The notes below the pieces were generated by a model, which was not told where the DNA came from, did no database searches, and saw only the letters and a program-made list of their open reading frames with translations. Positions 46,459-55,395 of a stretch of 64,000 bases of DNA are shown piece after piece. Each line of letters opens with the position of its first letter. Positions within the stretch are counted from its first letter, which is position 1. Source of the DNA: a virus; the IMG/VR virus record IMGVR_UViG_3300027708_000025, positions 64,001 to 128,000 of that record; one strand, 5' to 3'. The translations under genes were made by a program, and so were the position numbers.

Positions 46459-46885
46459 CTTGCGTAAACTTCTTCCATTCTATAGCATTCTTAATCTGAA
46501 AATTGCGTTGGTTGACGTTCTTAAGTACTTCTTCCAGAAACGCTAATTTTTCTTTTTGATTGATTATGCGAACATTGTTGTGTATAATATCTTTATCAGA
46601 GTCAAGATACATATCAACTTCATTCTTCATCAAACGTTTAACGAAAGGCTCCCAATTGAGTTCGTCAAGTTCTTCTTGTGAAAGTTTTCCATTGTAATAC
46701 TCATACTTCTTCAAAGATAAATCTTTGCTTTGAAACTCAAGTGCTTTGAGTTTGCGTCTTTCATCAAAATAAATTTTGAGATATTTGCTGTGCAGTTCTG
46801 GTATCTTCAAAGATGCGATACCTAACTCTGTGGAGTCAACTGTAGCGTCAAGTCTCCACTCTTCCATCATTTGATCTAACGTCAT
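46448..46885 (-). CDS. uvsY: UvsY recombination mediator
   Basis: IPELHSKYL...RNFQIKNAIEWKKF. Confidence 0.93.
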   Translation of the reverse strand: MTLDQMMEEWRLDATVDSTELGIASLKIPELHSKYLKIYFDERRKLKALEFQSKDLSLKKYEYYNGKLSQEELDELNWEPFVKRLMKNEVDMYLDSDKDIIHNNVRIINQKEKLAFLEEVLKNVNQRNFQIKNAIEWKKFTQGVQ

Positions 46886-46920
46886 AATAATCCTTCAATT
46901 CAATATTCGTATTCATCATT

Positions 46921-46949
46921 ATAATAACACATTCCAAGGCAAATGTCAA
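46921..46949 (-). promoter_or_regulatory. sigma70-type promoter for uvsY
   Basis: TTGACA-17-TATTAT. Confidence 0.6.
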
Positions 46950-47461
46950 ATGTTTGTTGCTTCGTAGTAGGTGTAGTTAAACGTTACTGTAGAGGTAATA
47001 AACTCTTGATTGTCCACGGCTGAAAATTGCATGTCTCCCAATTCGGTAGGATATGCACCATAGAAATCAATTTTAAAGTTTGGATTGTTTGCGTTTGTTT
47101 TAATGAATAGTGTTGCATCAGAAGTTACGCTGTCAAGCAATTCATCATTATCTTTTAGCCCACCTCTTTTATCATAGCCTTTTGGATTACCTAGTTTAAA
47201 TATCCAATTATATAATTCATACCATGATTGCATATCTTCATCGACTATAAACGTCAATGTTAATGTGCCAAAGCTGATTTGATTTCCTGGTACACTCAAT
47301 GCAGAAAATGGTGTGTTAATGCTAGTTGATTGTAGCGACATGCTTGGTAAATTTACAGCTTGCACAAAATATGTGAAGTTGGGAATTCGTCTAAGAACAA
47401 AATCAAATTTATTATTAGAAAGAAAACTTCTATTTGCTGGTGTTGTTGATAGTGTAGCCAT
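46946..47461 (-). CDS. 3: Tail completion/tube terminator gp3
   Basis: FVQAVNLP, FIVDEDM..W.E.YNW; synteny 23-3-uvsY. Confidence 0.85.
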   Translation of the reverse strand: MATLSTTPANRSFLSNNKFDFVLRRIPNFTYFVQAVNLPSMSLQSTSINTPFSALSVPGNQISFGTLTLTFIVDEDMQSWYELYNWIFKLGNPKGYDKRGGLKDNDELLDSVTSDATLFIKTNANNPNFKIDFYGAYPTELGDMQFSAVDNQEFITSTVTFNYTYYEATNI

Positions 47462-47493
47462 GTTATCTCCTCTTGTCTTCTATTTATGCAGAC

Positions 47494-47520
47494 AAAAAAA
47501 GAGGACCCTAAGGTCCTCTT
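47494..47520 (-). terminator. Intrinsic terminator after major capsid gene
   Basis: AAGAGGACC-4nt-GGTCCTCTT + T run. Confidence 0.85.
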
Positions 47521-47551
47521 CTTAATACCGATGTGTTCTCGGTTTAATCAA

Positions 47552-48904
47552 TTACATCAAGTTCGTAATTGAAAATCTACGATAGTAGATGTTCTTGTTA
47601 GCGAAAGTCAATGTACCATCAGCAGCCGATGTTGCGAATGGGTTTGCGACCATACCGTAACGTGTTTTGAAACCAATCTTTGGTTGGAATGTGTCTTGAC
47701 CAACTGCACGAACCATTTGCAATGGAACGTATGGGCAATAGAACAAGCCAGCATCAAAAGCTGAAGTGCCTTTGTAGCCGATTGTTGCATAGTGTGTACC
47801 AGATGTTGCGGCAAAATATGGATCAATATAAACTTTGATACGACCATTCAATACACCAGCGAATGTGTTACCTGTGTCATCAACTTGTAAGTTGTTAGAT
47901 GCAAGTGCTGGAGTGTAATCAAGAACACCAGCCATTTGCAATGCAGATGCTACGTCTGAAGAACAGATAAGCACGTTACCTTTACCTCTACGAGTTGCTT
48001 TAGCAATTGCATTGGCTTCACGCTCTAATTGGAACATCAAACCTTTGAACTTCTCAACAGACCAACGACCGTTAGAGTCAACATCAAGGTTGAATGTGCC
48101 AGCAGTTGTAACGTTCTCTTGTGCGCCAATAGTAGCTGTCAAGTTGATAGTACGAACAACTTCACGGTTAATTTCAGCTAAGATTTCTGTAGAAAGAATG
48201 TTTGCTAATTCTTGTTCAGCATCCAAACCATGGACTGCTTTCAAGTCTTGTGCAAGTTCCATTGTGTATTCTGCTTTCAAAGCACGGCTCTTTGCAGTAA
48301 CAGCAATCTTTTCAATGGAGAATGCCATCTCTTGGAATTGATTACCAGAACCATCACCTAATGCTTCAGCATTGGCTGTTGTCATACCTGTACCACGTGT
48401 GTACTCTGTACCACCTGACAAGTCAGCTGGAGATGCACCTGTGTGGGCTGCGGCAACTGGAGATGTTCCACCTGCAACAGAAGAGAATGAAGTGTTTGCT
48501 TCGTTGAACAATGCTTCAGTTCCACCTTGTGTGGTGTAACGGCTACGCATTGCAAAGATCAAGCCTGTTGGACCTGTCATTGGTTGAACACCGCAAATGT
48601 CGTATGCGATTAAGTTAGGTGCAGAACGGCGAACCAAGCTAATTAAAACTGGATCATAAATGTCGATTGCACCATCGGCCGCTGTAGATGAAGATGCGCC
48701 CATTGCGTTAGCAGGTGCAGTTTCAGACAACAACGATGTTTGATTGCGATAACCACCAGAACCCTGTGCATCTTCACGGCAAGCACGTTCTTGGTTCTCA
48801 AGAAGTTGTGCTGTTACGGCACGCTTATGGGAATCCTTGATTGAGGCTAAAGCGCCATGGTCAAGAACTGGTGCCCATTTTTTTAAAAGATTTTCTACGC
48901 TCAT
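47552..48904 (-). CDS. 23: Major capsid protein gp23
   Basis: GVQPMTGPTGLIFAMR, KSRALKAEYTMELAQDLKAVHG, FQPKIGFKTRYG; processing site LLSE|T. Confidence 0.99.
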   Translation of the reverse strand: MSVENLLKKWAPVLDHGALASIKDSHKRAVTAQLLENQERACREDAQGSGGYRNQTSLLSETAPANAMGASSSTAADGAIDIYDPVLISLVRRSAPNLIAYDICGVQPMTGPTGLIFAMRSRYTTQGGTEALFNEANTSFSSVAGGTSPVAAAHTGASPADLSGGTEYTRGTGMTTANAEALGDGSGNQFQEMAFSIEKIAVTAKSRALKAEYTMELAQDLKAVHGLDAEQELANILSTEILAEINREVVRTINLTATIGAQENVTTAGTFNLDVDSNGRWSVEKFKGLMFQLEREANAIAKATRRGKGNVLICSSDVASALQMAGVLDYTPALASNNLQVDDTGNTFAGVLNGRIKVYIDPYFAATSGTHYATIGYKGTSAFDAGLFYCPYVPLQMVRAVGQDTFQPKIGFKTRYGMVANPFATSAADGTLTFANKNIYYRRFSITNLM

Positions 48905-48932
48905 GTTTTTCTCCTTTGAGTATTGTTTAATT

Positions 48933-48940
48933 TATTTATA
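48933..48940 (-). promoter_or_regulatory. T4-type late promoter (gp23)
   Basis: TATAAATA. Confidence 0.85.
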
Positions 48941-48945
48941 AAAAC

Positions 48946-49854
48946 TTATTTCTTGAGTGTTCTAGAAATATTTTGTACATAGTGGTTCATTACTGGAGTG
49001 AATGATTCTTCAATAGTAGAAACATCATCGTCCATTGGAGCCGCTTTTTTAACTGTATCTTGTGAAGATTCATCAAAATATTTCTTTTTTGTTAAAAGAA
49101 GTTTTTCTTTGTAGTCTTGTTCTGAAACGAATTCAATTCCTTCTGCAAGAGATTTTAATTTTGCAAATTGAACTTCGCTAAGGCCTTCTGAAACTTCGCT
49201 AACAATGTGTTCTTTTTTGAAGATATTGATTTGTGAATTCAAGTTTGCAACTTCAGTAACTGCTTTGTCTAGTTCAGATTCAAGTGTTTCAACTTGTTCT
49301 GCAAATTCCTCAACAACATTTACTTTGTCTTCTGGAATGTCAACATAATGCTCTGTGAATAGGTTCTTTAAACCAATCATAAAATCTTCAGCTAATTCAG
49401 CCTTGATACCCTTTTCGATAGCAAGTTTGTTTTCTTCCATCCACTCAGTAACGACATACTCAAGGTATTCGTCAACTTTTGTAACCAAATTTTCGTTGAT
49501 AGATGCAACTTCTGTTTCTAATTTTTCTGCATATTCTTCTTCTAATGCAGTTGTTGCTTCTTCTACTTTAGCAAAAATAGCCGCTTCAAAAATAGCTTTA
49601 GCATTATTTTTAAATTCTTCAGAAAGAGATTCACCAGAGAAAATAGCATCAATGTCTTCTTTTACTTTTGCTTGTTTTTTCTCTTTCATCATTTTTTCTT
49701 TTTCGTCTTCTTTTTCATCCGCCGCTTTTCCTTTTGGTTCATCGGCATCATCATCTTTCATTTCTTTAGCTTTTTTCTTTTCGATGGCCGCTTTTAACGC
49801 AGGTGGAAGTTCTCCTTCCAACAATTCATCATCCTTGTTATTTACATCAGTCAT
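48946..49854 (-). CDS. 22: Prohead core scaffold gp22
   Basis: LSEEFK..AKAIFEAA, VDEYLEYVVTEWMEENKLAIE.GIKAE. Confidence 0.95.
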   Translation of the reverse strand: MTDVNNKDDELLEGELPPALKAAIEKKKAKEMKDDDADEPKGKAADEKEDEKEKMMKEKKQAKVKEDIDAIFSGESLSEEFKNNAKAIFEAAIFAKVEEATTALEEEYAEKLETEVASINENLVTKVDEYLEYVVTEWMEENKLAIEKGIKAELAEDFMIGLKNLFTEHYVDIPEDKVNVVEEFAEQVETLESELDKAVTEVANLNSQINIFKKEHIVSEVSEGLSEVQFAKLKSLAEGIEFVSEQDYKEKLLLTKKKYFDESSQDTVKKAAPMDDDVSTIEESFTPVMNHYVQNISRTLKK

Positions 49855-49896
49855 AATAGGTCTCCTTTATACGATATTTAAAATTATTAGTATATG

Positions 49897-49904
49897 TATT
49901 TATA
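49897..49904 (-). promoter_or_regulatory. T4-type late promoter (gp22)
   Basis: TATAAATA. Confidence 0.8.
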
Positions 49905-49909
49905 CAAAA

Positions 49910-50560
49910 TTATAGCTTGGAGAGGAAATCTTTAAACACTTTTATCATGTTTTCTTCCAAGTCTTTCTTAGAAGACTTCTGAATGACTTGTCTCTGTGTT
50001 GAAATGTCGGCTTCTCTAATGATTCCGTTATCCCAAACCCATGCTTTATTTTCCATAATACCACGTACATATGCATCTGGTGCTGAAGGATCGGCTACGA
50101 TATCTGCACATGTTGCGAGATAAAAATCGTTACCAACAACTTTAGTTCCATCTTTTCCTTCTACGAGACTACCTAAGCCTCTTGTAGATACGCCTAGCGT
50201 TGCGCCTTCAGTCATTAAATTCTTTACGATGTTACCGTATGGTGTTTCCATAATCTTTGCTTTACCGATGAAGTTGTTTCCATCTTGACGCAAACTCTTA
50301 GTAATGTGTGACACACGTTCTAAATTGATAGTTGGACCATCTGGATGCCCTAACTCACCATAAGCACGATTCTTCATTACACTTTCAGTAACATATCGAT
50401 CTGTTTCTTTTTGCAAAACTGCTAATGGATACATTCTTCCATTACGATTCTTTTGTTCTGCTTGCATGAAGATACCTTCAATGTAGAAACTTCTACCGCC
50501 AGCTTCGTTTGCTTCAGTAATGATATTTACTTGCTCATTAATTTCTGTGATTAGTTTCAT
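49910..50560 (-). CDS. 21: Prohead protease gp21
   Basis: MKLITE, NRNGRMY, GELGHP, GVSTRGLGS, DIVADPSAPDA. Confidence 0.97.
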   Translation of the reverse strand: MKLITEINEQVNIITEANEAGGRSFYIEGIFMQAEQKNRNGRMYPLAVLQKETDRYVTESVMKNRAYGELGHPDGPTINLERVSHITKSLRQDGNNFIGKAKIMETPYGNIVKNLMTEGATLGVSTRGLGSLVEGKDGTKVVGNDFYLATCADIVADPSAPDAYVRGIMENKAWVWDNGIIREADISTQRQVIQKSSKKDLEENMIKVFKDFLSKL

Positions 50561-50847
50561 TTTAGTCCTGCCGATGTTCTTTTTCTAAGTGACCTTGTTC
50601 TTTTGCGTAGAATCAAAGCAAGTTTTGGTGCACGTTTTCTAGCCGCTTTGCGTTGTGCCATTTTACGATGCATTTTTTCTTGTGAAGACATTCTTACAAG
50701 TTTGCCTCCTAAGACTTTATATCCAGGTGTTGCTGATACAATTTTTCTGCGCTGAACAATTCCAGCACGTACTCTATTGACTTTAACAAGCCTAGCTTCG
50801 TCTACCTGTTCGTCAGACAAAGATATAAAATCTTTAAATTTTAACAT
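50557..50847 (-). CDS. Prohead core protein gp68-like
   Basis: Very basic; immediately upstream of 21; MLKFKDFI leader. Confidence 0.7.
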   Translation of the reverse strand: MLKFKDFISLSDEQVDEARLVKVNRVRAGIVQRRKIVSATPGYKVLGGKLVRMSSQEKMHRKMAQRKAARKRAPKLALILRKRTRSLRKRTSAGLK

Positions 50848-51314
50848 TACGTCTGACCGTCATCCGTAGTTTCACGACTAGAATATCCAGCAGTTTTCTT
50901 ACCTTCAAGAACTAATGTATATGCGGCATTAGCAGTAAATCCAGTAGTAGATAATAGAATGCTACCTGCTGTGTTTGGCGCATTGTTTGTGAATGGTGCT
51001 TGCAAGTTTACTGTTAAATCTACAATACCAGAACCACTTAAAGTTGCAATAGTTGTATTTGCGCCACCATTAATTGAGTTAGCCCAAAATAAAGTAACTC
51101 TAGGATCCATAGTGGATGACGTTCCTTTTGATACATTCCAAAATAATTTTGTGATTGATAACCGTGTGCTACCATCACCATTAGATGCAATTAAAGTATT
51201 TGCATTAACTTTAGTTATGTTAGTTTCACCAGTGCCATCAGAAATGTTTGTTAACTTAACCGCCCATGCTGATGCATGATCTTTTAGCGTTTGTGAGGTT
51301 ACGGTATCTGCCAT
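50847..51314 (-). CDS. Virion-associated beta-rich protein
   Basis: MADTVTSQTL.D...VKLTNISDGTGE...YTLVLEGKK; located in the head locus. Confidence 0.65.
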   Translation of the reverse strand: MADTVTSQTLKDHASAWAVKLTNISDGTGETNITKVNANTLIASNGDGSTRLSITKLFWNVSKGTSSTMDPRVTLFWANSINGGANTTIATLSGSGIVDLTVNLQAPFTNNAPNTAGSILLSTTGFTANAAYTLVLEGKKTAGYSSRETTDDGQT

Positions 51315-51315
51315 T

Positions 51316-51822
51316 TTATTCTTTCGCTATAGTTTTTGCAAATGCTAAAAGTACTTCAGCATCTTCTTCCAACTGATTCAAAAAGATTTCTTGATTGCTT
51401 TCGTCTAACTGATCGTAAAGATTAGAGAGTAAATCAACATCTTCGTTTTTCAAAGCACCACGTGCCTGTGCGGCTTTAAGCATTGCAACTCTATCTTTGT
51501 ATCCAGCAACACCAGGTTTGATATCTTTAGCGGCTTTCTTTTCAGCGGCATTTGGATTACTAATGTGTTTCATTGTAGTCTTAGACTGATGACTATCAAC
51601 TTCACCAAATGGTTGCTTGTTGTCGAGTCTATCAGCAGGACGTTTGCCAGAACCTTTTTTAGTGTCGTGTGGTCCGATTTCTTCAGGTCCGACTTTTTCT
51701 AAATCTCCAGGGTCTTTAGTTTGAGCAAGATATGACACGGCTGCCATTTTATTGGCAATAGCATCTTTGTACTTTACTCTTTCTATTTCATCCAACTGGA
51801 TAAAACTTTTAAAGTTCTTCAT
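51316..51822 (-). CDS. Putative internal head/core protein
   Basis: MKNFKSFIQLDE leader; LKNE|D site; located in the head locus. Confidence 0.6.
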   Translation of the reverse strand: MKNFKSFIQLDEIERVKYKDAIANKMAAVSYLAQTKDPGDLEKVGPEEIGPHDTKKGSGKRPADRLDNKQPFGEVDSHQSKTTMKHISNPNAAEKKAAKDIKPGVAGYKDRVAMLKAAQARGALKNEDVDLLSNLYDQLDESNQEIFLNQLEEDAEVLLAFAKTIAKE

Positions 51823-52030
51823 CTACATTTCCTTCTGAACTGGATTGAAATTCCTCTTCACCAGATGCGACTTCTTCTTCGCTATCTTTAAAAATAGACC
51901 CTGCCAATTCCATTCTTTTAACTTCAATATGATCCTGTATCTTGTCGTTTAGTGCGTCAAGAATTGAGTTTTTAAACTCGGCCGGTTTTGCATCATATGC
52001 GTGTTGAATTGCTGTCTGTACATTTTCCAT
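51809..52030 (-). CDS. Prohead core protein gp67-like
   Basis: Small, acidic C-terminus; F...L.DKI...IE.KR.ELA pattern; late promoter 52058-52065. Confidence 0.7.
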   Translation of the reverse strand: MENVQTAIQHAYDAKPAEFKNSILDALNDKIQDHIEVKRMELAGSIFKDSEEEVASGEEEFQSSSEGNVDEEL

Positions 52031-52057
52031 ATTATATTTCCTTTTTGTCTGTTAACT

Positions 52058-52065
52058 TATTTATA
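52058..52065 (-). promoter_or_regulatory. T4-type late promoter
   Basis: TATAAATA. Confidence 0.8.
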
Positions 52066-52076
52066 CAATACCGTTT

Positions 52077-53039
52077 TTAAGCATTGTAATATGGCATCAA
52101 GTAATCTCTTCCATCTATATTTATGGACATAAATCCTGCCGGATTATTTGGTAAAGTTGCGCTTCCTGATGTTGCAGTTTCTGAAAGGGTACTTGATGGA
52201 TTAACCCTAATACCTCCAGCAATAACTGTAGCATCGTTTCCGCCAATCTTAGAAATATTATCATCTTTAAAGACAAGCAACCTATGAATATTGTCTATGA
52301 ATCCAGCAGTACCAAAGTTAACAGTTGTTGCTATACTCAACGGCTTGATAATAAATTTAACGCTTGGATTTGGTATTACTAAAGTAGATGTAATTGATGG
52401 GAATGGAACATCTTTAATTCCCATATTAATCTTTGACGTACCAAATGCAAGCGCAGATTCATATGAATTAGGATATAATATATAATTTAATTTTGATGTT
52501 CCAAAACTATTCTGTATTGTAACAGACTGTGGTGCAATCAATGGCACAATAGAAGGGGTGCCAAAACTTAATGCAGAATTTACAGAATTTACAGTTACAG
52601 TAAAGTTTAAATTCTCAGAACCAAATGCTAATGTAGATACTACACTTTGTGCATAAATTATTGTATTTAATTGTGATGAACCAAATGCAAGTGTAGATTC
52701 GCCTGAATTTGGATGTATCTGAACAAATAGATTGTTTACGCCAAAAGAAAGTCCACTTGCAATAGAACGGTCAAAGGCATCAGTTAATTGCTGAATTGTA
52801 TTTGACTGATATACTTGAATTTCTGCGTTTTCAATACCAAATAAAGTATCAGAAAGATATAAATTCTGTCTAACATTTACATATACATAATGCGTGTCTG
52901 GAAACACCACCGTAGAGTCAATTGCTCTATCGTTGGTGTCTATGAATTGTATTATCGGTGTGTCTTGAAGTGCTGATAAAAATGTACTAGCAAATTCTGA
53001 TAATGCAACATCTAAGACAATCACTTGATCCATAATCAA
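52077..53039 (-). CDS. Structural protein with ~21-aa S..S.LAFG repeats
   Basis: About seven degenerate repeats (STLAFGSSQL, STLAFGSENL, SALSFGTPSI, SALAFGTSKI...). Confidence 0.6.
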   Translation of the reverse strand: MIMDQVIVLDVALSEFASTFLSALQDTPIIQFIDTNDRAIDSTVVFPDTHYVYVNVRQNLYLSDTLFGIENAEIQVYQSNTIQQLTDAFDRSIASGLSFGVNNLFVQIHPNSGESTLAFGSSQLNTIIYAQSVVSTLAFGSENLNFTVTVNSVNSALSFGTPSIVPLIAPQSVTIQNSFGTSKLNYILYPNSYESALAFGTSKINMGIKDVPFPSITSTLVIPNPSVKFIIKPLSIATTVNFGTAGFIDNIHRLLVFKDDNISKIGGNDATVIAGGIRVNPSSTLSETATSGSATLPNNPAGFMSINIDGRDYLMPYYNA

Positions 53040-53066
53040 GGTTTCTTTATTTTTTAATTAATTATT

Positions 53067-53468
53067 TTAAAGTGCAAATATTCTACTTGCGCCAGAAGAG
53101 AATACAACTGTAATATCACCGCCGTTAGGAAGAATTGGCAAACCAGTTGCGCTATCAATATAAGCAATCAATCTGGAAGTAGATTGTACTCCAGTATCTT
53201 GAAATATCAATAATGCTTCACAATTTGCACCAGTAACGGATGTGAATGTTGCGTCATCTGCGTCAAAAACTCCGTTGGTAACAGTTTTATTAGCTAATGT
53301 TGTACTTGATATTACAGCACTATTTGAAACATCACTACGATATTGATGTGATGTGCTATAAGTGTATACTCCAGTGTCAACAAGCGCAATAGTAATTGTA
53401 TTTGCACTCATGTTGATATGAGCATTAATGAATGATTCTTTTGCTTTTGGGTACAATGCGTTTGCCAT
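53067..53468 (-). CDS. Phage structural (tail/fibre-associated) protein
   Basis: MANALYPKAKE...GVFDADD..F...LIAYID...GLP..PNGGDITV; late promoter upstream. Confidence 0.65.
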   Translation of the reverse strand: MANALYPKAKESFINAHINMSANTITIALVDTGVYTYSTSHQYRSDVSNSAVISSTTLANKTVTNGVFDADDATFTSVTGANCEALLIFQDTGVQSTSRLIAYIDSATGLPILPNGGDITVVFSSGASRIFAL

Positions 53469-53490
53469 AAAATTCTCCTTAATTTTTACT

Positions 53491-53498
53491 TATTTATA
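53491..53498 (-). promoter_or_regulatory. T4-type late promoter
   Basis: TATAAATA. Confidence 0.75.
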
Positions 53499-55395
53499 AT
53501 ACGATTGGTGTTCCGATTTTTATAAATGCTTTTGTTGCCGATATAGCGTATCCAAGTTTCAATGAAAATGATGCACCATTGATTGTTGATGTTGCCACAA
53601 TATTACCATTACTTCCAAGATATAAAGATTGTTCTGCTGTCCAAGTCCACGATGGATTAGTTATTGAACCAAAAGTTACTGTCTCTCCTGAAACGTCCAA
53701 AACTCCTAAAACTTTATCTACTTGTGCTATATCTAATGCTGAAGCCAAAACAGTATTGGCTGTAGAATTCAAAGCAACAACTTTATACGCATCACCGGTA
53801 CTATTGCTAAATTTAACATTTAATGATTCTGTTGCACCTCCAGCTGTAACTGCTGTATTAGACGAATTGCTAATCGCATTTGCAGTTAAGGTGCCACCGG
53901 TGGTAGATACCGTACCTATAGTTCCTGTAGGCGACACAACAACACCTGTTGGGTTTGGATTTTCTACAGTTGGCTGCGGAATTATTGCAATTGCTCCGGT
54001 AACAACATCTGCTTTAATTGAAGCACCACCTAAATTAATACTGCTTCCACTTAAATATAAATCTCTGAATCTAGAAGTTGGCGCTCCTAAATCATATGTG
54101 ATGTTTGCTGAAGGAATAACATGTTGAACTATTGTATTTCCTGCTACAGTTAATCCAACAAAAGAAACTGTGTTTGATGTATTAAGATTTTGGTCATATC
54201 CAACTCCTCCACCTCCAGTATTTGCTTGTGCAAACGCAGATTGTGCAATGCTAAGTGCTGAGTTTGCTGTAGAAAATGAACTATTTGCAATAGAACGTGC
54301 AAGATTATCTGTGCCAGCGGCACCACCAGTATTGGCTTTTGCAAATGCTGACTGTGCAATACTTAATGCAGAATTTGATTGTGTGTATGAATTATTTGAG
54401 GTAGAGAATGCGCTGTTGGCTTGTGAATATGCTAAGTTTGCTGTGTACCAAGCGGATGTTGATCTTGTTCTTGCTACGGTATCTACGGTACCTCCACCGC
54501 CACCAGATTGTTCTACGAATACAAACTTCTGTGATGCTTGATTGTAAGATAAAACATAACCATCTGTGATACTATCTCTATCAACGTCATCCAAGTATCT
54601 TAAATTGACTTCACCAGAACCAGTTGAACCTCCGTGCTGTCCACCAGATTTAATAATTACTGCATTGACTCTTGTTTTAAATGCGTTAACATCTCTCTGA
54701 ACATTATCAATAAACTTTTGAAACTTCTCTTCAACAGGTTTTATGTCTCCGTCTTTACCATCCTTACCTGCAATGCCTTGAACGCCCTGTGGTCCAATTT
54801 CACCTTGTGATCCTGTTGGTCCTGCGAGTCCTTGTTGTCCGTCTTTTCCTCGTTCGCCTTTGTCGCCCTTAAGTCCTCGTTCACCTTGAATTCCTTGCGG
54901 ACCAACTGGTCCAATCGGACCAACTGCGCCTGTTTGTCCATCTCTTCCGTCCAGACCATTTTTTCCATCTGCGCCCCTATCACCTTTCTCGCCTTTGTCG
55001 CCACGATCACCAGTAATACCTTGTATGCCTTGTTCACCTTGAAGACCAACATCACCTTGTTCGCCCTTGTCTCCCTTATCACCTTTTAATCCACGTGGTC
55101 CATCATGCCCCATGTTTCCTTGGGGTCCAACTTCGCCTTTATCACCACGCTCACCCGCATCTCCCTTATCTCCTTTGTCACCCTTAGAACCTTGTGCGCC
55201 AGTTGCGCCAAGAGATCCACGTGGACCAACAGGACCAGGAACTTGTTCAACGATTACTTCTGTTGTTTTCTTTTCTAAAAGAGATACTAACTCTGTTTTA
55301 AGTTTTTGTATCTCTTGTCTTGTATATGCTACAGACGTTGCAACAGAAACCGCTTCGCTGAGAGTAGTGCTAAGATTAGTTTCCTTCTTTGTCAC
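53494..55395 (-). CDS. Collagen-like fibre protein
   Basis: Long Gly-X-Y tract, GSGEVNLRYLDDV motif, ANSAF/ANSAL repeats, beta-rich C-terminus; likely GTG start at 55395 (GAGG SD). Confidence 0.8.
   Translation of the reverse strand: MTKKETNLSTTLSEAVSVATSVAYTRQEIQKLKTELVSLLEKKTTEVIVEQVPGPVGPRGSLGATGAQGSKGDKGDKGDAGERGDKGEVGPQGNMGHDGPRGLKGDKGDKGEQGDVGLQGEQGIQGITGDRGDKGEKGDRGADGKNGLDGRDGQTGAVGPIGPVGPQGIQGERGLKGDKGERGKDGQQGLAGPTGSQGEIGPQGVQGIAGKDGKDGDIKPVEEKFQKFIDNVQRDVNAFKTRVNAVIIKSGGQHGGSTGSGEVNLRYLDDVDRDSITDGYVLSYNQASQKFVFVEQSGGGGGTVDTVARTRSTSAWYTANLAYSQANSAFSTSNNSYTQSNSALSIAQSAFAKANTGGAAGTDNLARSIANSSFSTANSALSIAQSAFAQANTGGGGVGYDQNLNTSNTVSFVGLTVAGNTIVQHVIPSANITYDLGAPTSRFRDLYLSGSSINLGGASIKADVVTGAIAIIPQPTVENPNPTGVVVSPTGTIGTVSTTGGTLTANAISNSSNTAVTAGGATESLNVKFSNSTGDAYKVVALNSTANTVLASALDIAQVDKVLGVLDVSGETVTFGSITNPSWTWTAEQSLYLGSNGNIVATSTINGASFSLKLGYAISATKAFIKIGTPIVL
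54745..55240 (-). repeat. Collagen Gly-X-Y repeat tract
   Basis: Roughly 55 consecutive GXY triplets (GPVGPRG...GKDGKDG). Confidence 0.9.
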
